Source: Eledone cirrhosa
Lineage: Eukaryota
Direction of reading: 5' to 3'
Length of the DNA stretch: 64,000 bases
Assembly: GCA_964016885.1 (NCBI GenBank)
Contig: OZ024740.1
Location: 353,276,001 to 353,340,000, forward strand
Each line of letters starts with the position of its first letter. Positions within the stretch are counted from its first letter, which is position 1. Below, one piece after another: positions 1 to 12,833 of the stretch. The notes under the pieces were generated by a model. It saw only the letters and a program-made list of their open reading frames with translations. It made no database searches and had not been told where the DNA came from. A program made the position numbers and the translations under genes.

Positions 1-84
1 GACGGCCTTCTACCAGCGCCTTCCAACCAACATCTTCCTGTACATAAACATAGAAGAAGGAAGAAGTGTGCACCCGAGCATAAT

Positions 85-1113
85 GTGAAAAGGGGACGTA
101 ACGGGATACAACGCATTAACATGCATAAGGACGGTTACCCTGATGGAACCACCCGTAGCAAACGTACAAGGACACGTAATCGCCACCGTAACGTCCTATG
201 GTTCCATTCTCCCTACTCTCGGAGTTTGGCCTCTGACATACCCCGGATATTCTTCGAAGCCTTAGAGAAGAACTTCCCACCCAACCATAGGTATAAAAAA
301 ATCTTTAATAGTAACAATATAAAACTATCCTTCTCTACTACTCCTAACCTAGCAGACATCATAGGAACAACTAAACACAGTAAGATCACCAAGACACAAC
401 ACCTTAGTACAGACGCACCTACACCTGACAATAACTATATCGGCCTTAACGACTCCATAGCAGCATCCAATAGTGCTGGCAACAGCCTCCACAGACGCAA
501 CCAGCATAGCCGCGACATGACAGGGGAATATGCAGGACATGACGTGCGGAATAATAATGGTACCACTCCGCGCACAGTGGGTTGTAATGGTGCTAACGCC
601 AGGTGCGGGAGAGTAGGTAACAACGTAGATAGCAATAATGATAGCCTTACCGTGGGAATTAGAAGGGGCCGCGACCGAAATTGCAACTGCCGCGGCAAGG
701 GACGCTGCCCCATTAGGGGATACTGCTTGACTGATAGGGTTATATATAGGTGCACTGTAACTAGCCACAATAGCGTTAAACATTATATAGGGGCTACCTC
801 TGGCCCGTTCAAAATTAGATTTCGAACACATCTCCACTCTTTCAAAAATAAGAAATTAAAACACTCCACTTCGCTCGCGGACTACATCACATCATTAAAA
901 AAAATAAACATCAGCTTCTCCACGCACTGGGATATTGTCGGCAGGGCTGCACCGTACAACTTCAAGAGGAAGTGCGATCTTTGCCTCATGGAGCTCTACC
1001 ACATCATAACGGCACCCACGAGCTCATCGACAGCAGAGCTGAAACGACGAAAAGCTGAACACATATCCTTCGTAAAAATATCCTTCTTCAGATGGGATAA
1101 GGATGAGGAGTGA
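85..1113 (+). mobile_element. Penelope-like retroelement, 3' part of ORF (RT C-terminal linker plus GIY-YIG endonuclease), decayed at the C-terminus
   Basis: Translation shows the PLE motif RNVLWFHSPYS...LEKNFPPNHRYKKIFNSNNIKLSFS...NL, a CNCR...CP...C motif, VIY...YIG...FKIRFRTH (GIY-YIG) and W.IVGRA.PY...CDLCLME. The terminal LN.R.E...C.H-like motif appears frameshifted, with a stop near 1066. Confidence 0.9.
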
Positions 1114-1472
1114 AACCGTATACCGGGTCTCCCTGCAACAAGCTTTGACACCCCCGCGGGCAGGCGCTGCAAAAAATATCCGGAAACTAACCATGCATCC
1201 CAGACCCAGCTTCAAATGACCCAGGCGGGCAGGTGCAGAAACAAACGTTGCTTACCTGACCCTGTGCGTATCGACAATGGTAAGGCTGTAACCACATCTT
1301 GTAACGGATAAAAAATTTGTCCGGAAAAGACTGCCCTAACACCGGCCAGAGTTACCTCCCTTGACCTACTGCAAAATCAAAACACACTTTTTTGCGAAGA
1401 ATGAACTCTGACGTGAACTTACCTCCAAAAACACTTTCCGGGCCATGTAAGGAACACTTTTTAGTTAGTTAT

Positions 1473-1512
1473 GCCCTTGAGAAGCCCATCCGGGCGAAAC
1501 GTACGTAGGTGC
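1473..1512 (+). ncRNA. Minimal type I hammerhead ribozyme, U3-A8 core variant, in the Penelope pseudo-LTR
   Basis: GCCC-[UUGAGAA]-GCCC atcc GGGC-[GAAA]-CGUACG (palindrome)-UA-GG(U)GC, with AATAAA about 8 nt downstream. It lies about 360 nt after the PLE ORF. Confidence 0.75.
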
Positions 1513-1723
1513 TGTTTTAAATAAACATGTATTAACGGTCTGTTCTCCTATTTCTTACTTTTCCACGTGCTTACGCTCTGCTAACTCTCTCGCCCACTAA
1601 ATATTAACACTTCTAATATCTAACACTGACGGCACTAGTATTGAGCACCTTCTGCATACGCTATTTGGTAAATAACTACATGTATCACCTATCCCTCCTT
1701 TTTTCTCTCTCTCGATACGTAAA

Positions 1724-2428
<705 letters not shown>

Positions 2429-2498
2429 TTATCACTACCACTTTTACTGTAAGTACTCAAGTTTTGGGCGTCCAGGTAATATTTTAATATTCTGGAGA

Positions 2499-2561
<63 letters not shown>

Positions 2562-3199
2562 TGGAAAGGTATGGGTTCGGTCAGGTTTAAATGCCCAAAA
2601 CACTGTATGTTACGACGGAGCACCAACGACTCCATCGGGATTTCAAGGCCCATGGTTTGGCATGTGTGTACTAAACCATGGGCCGGTTTTAGTCGGATAT
2701 TATGAAATGAATGAGTGTGCGTACGGATATATACATACACACACACTCATATATATATATATATATACATACACACATGCATACATACATACATTCATAA
2801 ATACATACGTACATACAAGTATATATATATGTATGCACTGGCGGACTGGCCAGGTTGCCCAATGGCAAGTGGGCCCCAGGGGGTACACGGTAGCAATGCA
2901 AGAGCCCACAGTAGCATTGCAGGGCCTACTGTAGTATTTTAGGGACCAATGTTTTGCTTTCCAAAAATAACTGAAATCTAAGAGAAAGAAGAAAATTGTT
3001 TTTAAAATAAATAAAATAATTAAGCAAAGCATTTGGTCAACCAATTACACAAGGAATTACTAGAAACCAAAATATACGATAGTGAAAATAACTGGAATCA
3101 GTGGTTGTATATTCTACGAAATCTAAAGCTATTTGTATTCATTCATGCATGCAAACATACATATATAGACACAAACGCACAAGCATATATATATATATA

Positions 3200-3810
3200 A
3201 AGAAAAAAAGATGAAATTGAAAATGCAACTGGACTCTTATTTTTTTTTAAATATATATATTTATTTGGTTCCTTTACCGGTTTCGCAGTTCTTCTGCTTT
3301 TCAAAAGTAGAGTTGAGATGGAGGGTCTGTGGTTTTTCTCACATCTGGTTGGTCTGTGAATGTTACTTGTTTTATATGGAAAAAGTGGCTCGAAATGCCA
3401 GGTTTTTCGAGAAGTAATTTGATTGGTTGGTCAATAATTATAATAAATTTTGCGCCAGTTCGCGTTACAAAGTTCTTCAAACAAGGGGGGGGGGGGGTCA
3501 CAGGTTGTTTTTTTCATATATGAGTGTTTGAATTTCTTTTTAATTAAAAAAAGGGGGCTCACGAAGGCTTTTTTTAATAAACGTAATTAATTGGTTAAAA
3601 ATGAAATTATGGCTGTCACGTGAACAAGTTTTCATTAAATTTTCGCGCCCTTATTTGGAAATCTATTCTGTAGCCTTTTTAGAGAATTTTTTGACAAGCA
3701 AAAGATAATGGTCAAGAGAAATTGGATGGGAGATTTGTTCTGGTTCAGTGAATATGGTTAGTTCACTGTGGTGTCAGAATTCAGATTTTCTATTGAATAA
3801 AGAAAGTAAA
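3200..3810 (-). mobile_element. Penelope-like 3' end/pLTR remnant
   Basis: The minus strand near 3810-3770 encodes LFNRKSEF, resembling the PLE terminal LN.KSE motif. A hammerhead and AATAAA follow at the 3' end. Confidence 0.55.
3272..3307 (-). ncRNA. Minimal hammerhead ribozyme, U3-A8 variant
   Basis: Minus strand CUU-[UUGAAAA]-GCAG aagaa CUGC-[GAAA]-CCGG (palindrome)-UA-AAG, followed by AAUAAA. Confidence 0.75.
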
Positions 3811-4429
3811 GATATGTATGTTTATTTGTGTGCTTGTGTGTGTATTGGAAAATGATTCTATTAGTAGAAATGGGGGAGGGAGTTGTGTGTGTGTGTGTAT
3901 ATGGGTGTTATGTGAGTATGTTAAGATGGAGAGAATATATATATTTTGTGTGTGTGTATATATGTGTGTAGGAAAGTGATTCTATTAGTAGAGGGAGTTG
4001 TGTGTGTGGGGTGGGGGTTGTTATGTGTGTGTATGGGTGTTATGTGTGTGGCAGTATGGTTAGCATGTTAAGATGAAGAGAATATATATATATATTGTGT
4101 GTGTGTGTGTGTGTGTAGGAAAATGATTCCTTTAGTAGGAATATTTTTGAATGAACATATATATATATATATATATATCTTTGGTTTGCTTTTATCCTTC
4201 TATGTTGTTTACTTGTCCCCCTCGCTTTACGCGAATTACTGGTCCCAATAACTTTTTTTAGTTATTGCTCGCACCAACCTGAGGTATATGATTTTTAATG
4301 CGATGGAATACCAATGATGGTTGGAAAATCACTGACGAAGGACTATTTTTATCATATGTAACCCATGTGCAACCACGCAGTATTCTTCTTTCTTCTCATG
4401 TGTTTTATATATATATTTTAATCGATCGA

Positions 4430-4634
4430 CTTTCGTCAAATCGGACCGAGGAAACAATGTTTCCGTTGGTCTTTCCAGTTGCTAGTACTATCTATCGGTC
4501 GCAACTCCAGGTAGAAGGAGCAACGTGAAATAAAGTGTCTTGCTCAAGGACATAACGCATCGCCCGGTCCAGGTATCGAACTCACAACCTCAAGATTGTG
4601 AATCCAATTCTCTAACCACTCAGCCACACGCCTT
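4430..4634 (-). mobile_element. tRNA-derived SINE (family 2); second copy at ~11970-12170 (+)
   Basis: Minus strand has an A box TGGCTGAGTGG, a B box GAGTTCGATACC and the core TGTCCTTGAGCAAGACACT. A near-identical copy lies at 11970-12170. Confidence 0.8.
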
Positions 4635-4739
4635 CAGTGTTATATATACTTATATATATACTTACACACGAACTACTGACCAAATAATATTTGGCATCAA
4701 TGGGTTAAAGACATATATATATAGAGAGAGAGAGGGGGG

Positions 4740-4813
<74 letters not shown>

Positions 4814-4960
4814 ATGTTGGTTGTTTACCGACACCTCAGTATGCAGGTTGGAGCACTCGACGATGTACGCAAGTTGGTTTGTTTACTCCGGAATAATGTA
4901 AAATAAGTAAGTCAAATATGTAAAATTTGGCTTCGTTTATTTATTATAAATTATAAGTTT

Positions 4961-5015
4961 ACTGCTATATATATTTCGGTGACAGCCATCATTGGCTGTG
5001 ACCTCTTCAGGCAGT
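4961..5015 (-). ncRNA. Canonical minimal type I hammerhead ribozyme within a PLE pLTR-like module (~4810-5420)
   Basis: Minus strand ACUGC-[CUGAAGA]-GGUcACAGCCA auga UGGCUGUcACC-[GAAA]-UAUAUA (palindrome)-UA-GCAGU, with AATAAA downstream. Confidence 0.88.
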
Positions 5016-6057
5016 CCGAATTGGAGTGGAAAAGACAGGTACACATGTTGCTGAGGTGTGTTTCACTCCGTCGATACATCGATATGTCCAGCTCCTGGGT
5101 GTGTTGTTATTCCTCCGAGGAACTGGAATCATATGAACTAGAACAAACGAATTTCAATGTCATAGGGCACGCTCGTATCCCAGAACTCAAGTTAGCTAAC
5201 ACTAGATGATATAAATAGACGAAGTACGTCGGTGGAGTCCTATCCTCTGTGCAGACTGGCACCCCAAATTTCCGACCAACGGGCCCCATCGCCCAACCCC
5301 GGCTTGTGACCCGAATACCTGGAGGATATCCTGCCTTGAACCCGACCCCCTTCGCACGCATGAGTCAGGGATAAATACCACAAGTAAAAAGGACGCGCCG
5401 ATTACTACCACTTACCCTTCTCCCCACCTCCAGGGGGGACTTTGACCCTTGTCCGTGTGGGTGTATCCAAATGTGGGCGTATATGGAGCTATGTGTATGC
5501 GTGCATGTATTTGTGTGTGTGACTGTGTAGACGCAATATGGGAATGCACCTGAGCGTGTGTGCTTGCAACGATGTGCGTTGAAAAACATACACGCATATG
5601 TACTTAATGCTGAAATAAGAATTGTAGTCCTTTACACTTCTGGATGTTGACATAGGTTTTTTGGTATTTTACACTCCACTTTTACCTCATTTGTTTTTAA
5701 AACGCACCCATCTTTTGTTAGACTGTGTGGACGTAAATAGGTGAATGCACCGAGCCTGTGTTTATACGTGTGCACGCGAAACGGTGCGAGCTGACAGACA
5801 ATCACACGTACGTACTCTATGATAAAATAATAATTATAATTCTTTACACTTCTCGATCCTGACACACAGGTTTCCTATTTCAGTTTATATTTTTCAAAAT
5901 TTTTTATATTGGTTGTAACACACGCATTCTTTATTTGTTTGGCACCCCGCACCACGTGAAATGGTGGCAGGATAGATGCCAGCCTACACACATAAATTCT
6001 TCAGACCATAGCAGCAGCATACTAAAGCTGACCCCTTAACACCACTACCACTACATT

Positions 6058-7080
6058 GGATGGCAACAGGCCACTTTACCTGTCAGGTATGACGGCCTTG
6101 GCCTCCGGTCTCCGATCTCGCTGGCTTTGCCGGCGTATCTTTCGTCGGTAACTTCGTTGCGCGTCCTCGTCAGCAGGGTTCTTCAAAACACAATAGAACC
6201 CTCTGTGTTCAGAGAACGTGAGGCCGCCTGTGACACGTGGGACCGGTTGGGACTTAGCCCAGTAGACGTCCCTCCTCCTTCTCCCCCTGTTGACGTCAAG
6301 TCCCCCCAAAGCATTTGGGATGTCATCCATTGCAGCCTGGCCTCAGACAGGCTCACACGCCAGCTCGACCAGCACCGCCTTGCCTGCTTTCGTGCGGCCT
6401 CCAAACCCTACAGTGGTGCCTGGCTCCATGCCCTGCCCTCTTTCTCCACTGGCACGCAGCTAGACAACAATAACCTGCGCATCGGCGTTTCCTTGAGGCT
6501 CGGCCTCCGGATCTGCGATCCACACCAATGTCGCTGCGGATCCACCGTGGACACTTTCGGCCTCCACCCGCTTTCCTGTCGCCACAGTGCCGGCCGCCTT
6601 CCACGCCATGCTGCCCTCAACGAGGTCATAAAGCATGGCTTGGACGCTGCGGGCTTCCCTTCCCAACTCGGGCCGGTGGGTCTGAACTGAGGGGACGGCA
6701 AAAGGCCAGATGGCATGACCATCTTCCCGTTCCGCGGTGGCAAACCCCTCGTGTGGGATGCTACTTGCACCGACACTTTCTGCAGCCGCAACCTGGTGGA
6801 GTCTGCGACTAACCCAGGTTCTGCTGCACGTCGGGATGAGGAGGCCAAGCTTTTCAAATACCGGTCACTCTCCGACAGGTTTGCGGTTGTACCCTTGGCA
6901 GTGGAGACTTCTGGTGTCCTCGGCCCCAGGGCTACCTCCCTACTCACCACCATAGGCGCTGAACTGGCCAGCCACAGGTGTGAACCCCGCGAGTTGGAGT
7001 GGCTTTTCCAGCGCGTCTCCCTTGCCGTCCTCCGTGGGAACGCCTTCTCAATCCTGTCCGCCGGGGCTGGGGGGGGGGCA
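6058..7080 (+). mobile_element. CRE-clade non-LTR retrotransposon, 3' part (RT thumb, Zn knuckle, restriction-like endonuclease); in-frame stop at 6688-6690
   Basis: Motifs WQQATLPVR.DGLGLR, GAWLHALP, LRLG...C.CG...H..SC, RH..LN, RPDG, WDATC, K..KY, PLAVETSG.LG and FQRVSLAVLRGNA. Confidence 0.88.
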
Positions 7081-7189
7081 TCACGTAACATTCCATATTT
7101 AGGTATCCAGATTAATCGTTTTTATATACACAATGGAGGAGGTCAGCTGTACTTAAACATTCTGACAAAAACAACTATAACAGGCTGAC

Positions 7190-8040
7190 TTGCCTCAGAA
7201 GAATTTCTATAGACGTTTGACTTAGGAATGGTCTCACAACTTCTCTACCTGTTTCGGTGGAATTTGGCATCAAACCTATCAAGTGCAAGTCGAAGATCAC
7301 CTTCTGTCGAGTTAAGTAACACCATGTCATCTTCAAATTCCAGGCCACTGATTTTACACCCGCCCCTCATGACACCACTTCCAACCCGGTTGTGCATGTC
7401 AATCCCGTTCATATAACTAATGAGCAAGAGAGGTGACTGTACACACCCTTGACGGAGTCCGACTCCCACATTGATGGTTTCGATTCAGCACCATTCGTAT
7501 AGAGACATCACGGCAGCAAGAGGCTAGCCATCGATTCCATATTCCTGCACAGCCTTCCACAGCAAGTCCCGAGGAACGCGGCCATATGCCTACTCAAGGT
7601 GGACAAAACAAGAATATATTTCTTGGCAATACTCCCAAGATTTCTCGAATACCTGCCGCAGTGTGAGTATTTGGTCGGCTGAGCTGTGTTCGGGGCGAAA
7701 ACCACATTGTTCATCAGCTAGCTTGGTCTCGACAATCTCCCTGCATCTCTTTGCCAGATACTTAGTATAGACTTTACCGGGGAGGCTTAACAAGGAGATC
7801 CCTCAGTATTTGGAACAATCTCTCTTGTCTCCCTCTTTGAAAATTGGGATTATCACTCCCGATTGTCACAGCTTAGACGCCCTTCCAGAGATCCAGGCCA
7901 CCCGCCACACACGAATATGTCAGCCAGAGAATATCTTCTTTATTTAAGGCTTTTAACATCTCGGACTGGATATCATCTTCCCCGGTGACTTTGCCACATT
8001 TGAGCTCTTTAACTGCACTTCCGACCTCAGCCACTGAGAG
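7190..8040 (-). pseudogene. RTE-clade LINE reverse transcriptase fragment (frameshifted)
   Basis: Motifs SLLSLPGKVY, EQCGFRP..S..DQILTLRQ.FEKS.EY, GLRQGCVQSPLL and FEDD (catalytic F/YADD equivalent). Confidence 0.85.
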
Positions 8041-8644
8041 ATTAGTTACAGGTATGTTATCTTGGTGTATGTTAATATGACAATATTTTGGCCAGGCATG
8101 TCAAACATGCGGCCCTTTACAAGCACACCTGCGACCTGCGCGAGCATGTTTTATCTTCGTAATATTACATTTAAAAACTAGTTGTAATGTGGGCAATTAG
8201 TTGTGGTGTGTGGTCCTCAGATAACACCTATGTGACGCATTCAAGGGCGAGAACCTATAAAGCCATATCTTATTTCATAACTTGGAGTGTTAGTATTACG
8301 GCGTGCATAGGTCAAAGGGAAATAACCTATAAAATTGGCTGAAGTGAAAATAAATACAAAATACATCAATTTAACCTAAAGAAAGAAATAATGTTATTGA
8401 TTTCACTTTATTTTGTTTGATGTAATTCAATTTAGGTTGAATTGGTGTATTCTCTAGTTTTTATTGACTGAGAATATTTTAAAGTCTATCTCCCATTAAA
8501 CAATGTTCAGCGTAATTATAATATCCCAAATTATAAAATACAGTATGAAAATACTTAATAGATTATCTTCTTTTAACTTCATTGACGCCATATAGATATT
8601 GTCGCCATATTAATATTTACAGAGTTAACGAGGCAATGTTAGCA

Positions 8645-8687
8645 TTCACCTGATGAACGTCCCAGGAGACATGAAAGTACCTGTGAA
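8645..8687 (+). ncRNA. Minimal hammerhead ribozyme with a mutated cleavage triplet (probably inactive)
   Basis: UUCAC-[CUGAUGA]-AcGUC ccagga GACaU-[GAAA]-GUAC (palindrome)-CU-GUGAA, with AATAAA at ~8695. Confidence 0.7.
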
Positions 8688-8825
8688 AATGTCAAATAAA
8701 ATGTGAAAATGCAGTTGTGTTGAGATTTGATTCCCTAATATATATAATCTGTGCAAAATTCTGCAAACTGTAACACACACACACACACACACGGAGTTCA
8801 CCCGTCGGGGTCCTGACTCTTTTCC

Positions 8826-8862
<37 letters not shown>

Positions 8863-9201
8863 TTGTGGGGTGTGTGCGTGTGTTGGTATGTAAATATATG
8901 TATACGCATGTGTGTATATATGTATTTGTACACATATGTAATTGTACATATATTTACATACAAACACGCGTACACACACACACACACATATATATACATA
9001 TAAGGATATTTTCGAAACAGCGAACGAGTTTGAAATTATAAATGTAAGCTATCGCCGTATTTTAACTAAAGAAATTAAAGAAAGTTATTTAGCCTGATAG
9101 TGGGGTTAAGAACCCTCGGAGAAATGGAAAAAGATGAGTATTGACGTACATGTACGTCAATAGCTTACATATATATACATATATATATATACACACATAT
9201 A

Positions 9202-9285
<84 letters not shown>

Positions 9286-9325
9286 TATATGTATATATGT
9301 ATATGTTTGCTTCGAAATCACTAGA

Positions 9326-9416
9326 CGTATCTGAGGAACTTGCGAATCCAGAGTCAGGTTCGATCCACAAACAGATCGCACCTCGAGCTGTTCGCCGGAG
9401 AAACAATTGTAATACG
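9326..9416 (+). ncRNA. Hammerhead ribozyme with a 62-nt domain II
   Basis: CGUAU-[CUGAGGA]-62 nt (contains GCGAAU/GUUCGC)-[GAAA]-CAAUUG (palindrome)-UA-AUACG, with AATAAA 2 nt later. Confidence 0.75.
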
Positions 9417-9538
9417 CAATAAATTGTGTTCCGATGCATCACTGTTTCCATATTATCATACTCTGCTCCGAAGGAGCATAGAGTGCACAACCGGCATACC
9501 GCATATGGACGCACCCAAGCAACCTTACTACAAATTTA

Positions 9539-9569
<31 letters not shown>

Positions 9570-9599
9570 TGTGTGTGTGTATACACACACATACACACA

Positions 9600-9975
9600 C
9601 AGTGTTTGTGAAGAGATCTGGATAAGGGTATATAGTTAAAAGGTGATCTGGTTGTGTTCATAAGGTGATGATAATGGTAGTGAGTGGAAGGCGTGATATG
9701 TAAAGAGCAAGCTCAGGGTGGTTGAGTAATCGTTGGTGTGTTAATCCAACTAAAAAGTAGATGCGATTTCAGGTGCGGACAACATCTAAAGATCTCGGTC
9801 TTAGAGTTGATGCAAGTGGGAGGGGTTTTCATGTTTTGGAGAATCCTGAATTTTTCGGTAGTAGCCAAAGAACATTTCTTTGTGCTCCTTTAGTATTCTC
9901 TTGAGTGGTCTAAAATAGACCAATCAATAGAGTATGGGATATTTTTGTCTTTAAACTCCCACACTTTATTTGTAT
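9600..9975 (-). pseudogene. Penelope GIY-YIG C-terminal fragment
   Basis: The minus strand translates to KVWEFKDKNIPYSIDWSILDHSREY*RSTKKCSLATTEKFRILQ...INSKTEIFRCCPH, matching the PLE terminal pattern. Confidence 0.8.
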
Positions 9976-10105
9976 GTGTATGTTTATGTTCTGGATATTT
10001 ATTTATATATTTTTCCCCTCAATCCGTTATTTGATTTCAGCCTCACTTTCATATTTCCTAAATTTTGTTTTCAAATCCATATTTAATAAACACACCATGT
10101 TATTT

Positions 10106-10170
10106 ATTCGTTCTGACGACTGAAGACAGATATAAATATCTGTCTTCAAAAAACCACTGTTAAATGAAAT
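10106..10170 (+). ncRNA. Degenerate hammerhead (GAAA changed to AAAA) in a pLTR family shared with 57.5-57.7 kb
   Basis: CUGACGA, then a perfect 12-bp hairpin UGAAGACAGAUA/UAUCUGUCUUCA, then AAAA CCACUG UUA. The downstream tail is homologous to the 57499-57550 region. Confidence 0.55.
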
Positions 10171-10324
10171 GATTACCTTATGTTGTTTATTACATAACTA
10201 ATAAGCTCTGTAGCCTACATAGAGCACTCTCTTTTGCTGTACCTTTCCTACGGAAATACTTCATTTATATATATATATATATATATATATTAACAAATGG
10301 AAACTAAATTTATAAAACCATATT

Positions 10325-10390
10325 TATTTCATTATACATATTTCAGGGGCCACCAAGGCAAACTATGGTGCGCTTTCATCAGATAAAATA
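10325..10390 (-). ncRNA. Canonical minimal hammerhead ribozyme (same family as 52044-52104)
   Basis: Minus strand UAUUUUAU-[CUGAUGA]-aagcGCACCA...UGGUGgCccct-[GAAA]-UAUGUA-UA-AUGAAAUA. Confidence 0.8.
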
Positions 10391-10921
10391 TAATATAGGT
10401 TAGTTTTATAAATAAATATTGACATACCCGGAAAAAATGCAACCATTCTGGTTGGAATCTCCTGGATATTTTGCTTGAAGTGAGTGAAGGGTGAGGAAGA
10501 GACTAACAGAGAAAGAGACTGCTAGAAAGGGTAAAGATACATAGAACGAAAAAGACGGTGTAGCAGCAGACCAGACCCCTTCTTCCTCCCATTAGACCTG
10601 TGCGAAATTCCTTCCTTGCTCACATTTCAACCAGGTTTGATGGTCTTTATTCTCTCGTTCACGATTTCACCGAACTTAAATTCATAGAAATCTGGGACTT
10701 GTCTCTTTCTTCCCCACTTTCTGTTGCTTCACCATTTTGTTTGTTTACCCTCGCGTCCCCTTTATTTACGTGTCCCAACGACTTTTTTTAGCCGTTGCTC
10801 GCACCAACCGGAGGTATATGGTCTTTAAAGCGATGAAATGCCTATGATGGTTGGAAGATCACTGATGAAGGACAAACTTTTTTCATATGTAACCCATTTG
10901 CAACCCCGCAGCGCCCTTATT

Positions 10922-10999
<78 letters not shown>

Positions 11000-11007
11000 T
11001 ATATATA

Positions 11008-11093
<86 letters not shown>

Positions 11094-11374
11094 TATATAT
11101 ATATATATTAATGATAGGTAAGTAAAAAAAGATATAGACCAATTCAAGTCCGTAGGGCGAGTTTGAATATATTTATGGTTTAGTGAATATGGACAGTAGC
11201 AATTCATATTTGTCATATTCAATAGTCAATGGCTGTTGGTATTGTGGCAATCCCAAAAATTAAAAAGCATAGGAATTTTGTTTATGTGTGGAGGGTATAA
11301 GGGGTAATTAGTTTTTAGGGTTTTCTGCTACATTCGAATAAAAAATTAACAATAACAACAACAACAATAATAGT

Positions 11375-11965
11375 AATAATTGTTTCTACTTTTGGCACAA
11401 GGCCAGCAATTATTCCAGTGTATTACTGGTACTTTATTTTATCGACCCTGTAAGGATGAAAGGCAAACTTAACCCCAGCGGGATTTGAACTCAGACCGTA
11501 AAGGACCGTAAATAACTCTATGAGGCGTCCGACCCTCTACCGATACTGCCAATAGTAATAATGATTTTTGATATAGGCACAAAGCCAGCAAATTTTTTTT
11601 TTTGGGGGGGGGGGGGGGGGGTCGATTAAATCGACCCCAGTGCGTGACTGGTACTTTATTTTATCGACCCCGTGAAGCTGAAAGGCAAAGTTAACATCGG
11701 CGGGATTTGAATTCAGATCATAAAGGCCCGTAACGTGGTGTCCAATTCTCTACCGATACTGCCAATCCACCGCCCTCACTGCCAATAGTAATAATAATCG
11801 TTATTATTACCACTAACATCTGAGATCAAATCCTGCCGAGGTTAACTTTGCCTTTCGTCCTTACGGGGTCGATAAAATAAAGTACCAGTAACGTACTGGA
11901 GTCGATTTAATCGACTTTCCCCTCTGCCCAAATTACTGGCCTTGTGCCTATACTAGAAATCATTA
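11375..11965. mobile_element. Cluster of tRNA-derived SINEs (family 1): two minus copies and one plus partial copy
   Basis: They share the core GCCTTTCATCCTT..GGGTCGATAAAATAAAGTACCAGT and the tail GCTGGCCTTGTGCC.AAAGTAGAAACAATTATT. Confidence 0.9.
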
Positions 11966-12199
11966 TTGTGAGTGGTAAGAGAATTGGATTCGCAATCGTG
12001 AGGTTGTGAGTTCGATTCCTGGACCGGGCGATCATTATGTCCTTGAGCAAGACACTATATTTAACGTTGCTCTTCTTCCTGGAGTTGCGACCGATAGATA
12101 TTATTAGCAATTGGAAAGACCAATGGAAACATTGTTTCCTCGGTCCGATTTGACGAAAGTTGATTGCTATTGTTGTTGCCATTATTATTAAAACTTGAG

Positions 12200-12545
12200 T
12201 CACTTTTCACAAAAACCTGAAAGAACATGCTGTTACAGAACAGCTATAAAACATGCTGCTATAGAAAGGTTAAGTACAGTAAAAAACATATATCATAAGT
12301 AGTTAAGAAAATTTAAAAAGTTAATAAGAGAAGGCATGCAATTCAAAAATACATCTCCAAAAAATATTTTCAATAATGCATTTAAAAAAGTTCGACTACG
12401 AAATTCAGTCATAGTAATTATTATTTTTCAAACCGTCCAAAGGAGTTATGCCTAAAGTTTTGATATTGTATTTGTGTTTGACTTTTGTTATCTACTCCGA
12501 TGAAACCGGCCGTGTGCTAGGATGAAATGATCGTCAGTGATTAAA
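12200..12545 (+). mobile_element. Degenerate PLE 3' end with hammerhead-like motif at 12493-12539 (U4C core)
   Basis: UACU-[CCGAUGA]-weak stem II-[GAAA]-UGAUCG-UC-AGUG, followed by ATTAAA. Confidence 0.45.
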
Positions 12546-12583
12546 TATTTTAAAAACTCTTTGATTGTCATTTACATTGTGTG

Positions 12584-12697
<114 letters not shown>

Positions 12698-12797
12698 TGT
12701 GTGTGTGTGTGTAAAAGGTAAACAGAAATAACAACACAATCGGTACAGTATATGGAAGGTATATATTAGGTTAACGCTTGATATAGCAGGAAGAGGG

Positions 12798-12833
12798 TCT
12801 TAACGTTTCGGACGCTAGTCCTTCATCAGAAGA
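12798..12833 (-). ncRNA. Ultra-minimal hammerhead ribozyme (36 nt); degenerate sister copy at ~17497-17527
   Basis: Minus strand UCUU-[CUGAUGA]-A-GGAC uagc GUCC-[GAAA]-CG-UU-AAGA. Stem III is reduced to the palindrome AACGUU. Confidence 0.8.

Noticed and set aside
6408-7091. 227-aa antisense ORF (and 49947-50441)
   Set aside because: GC-rich antisense frames of CRE coding sequence with no recognisable motifs.
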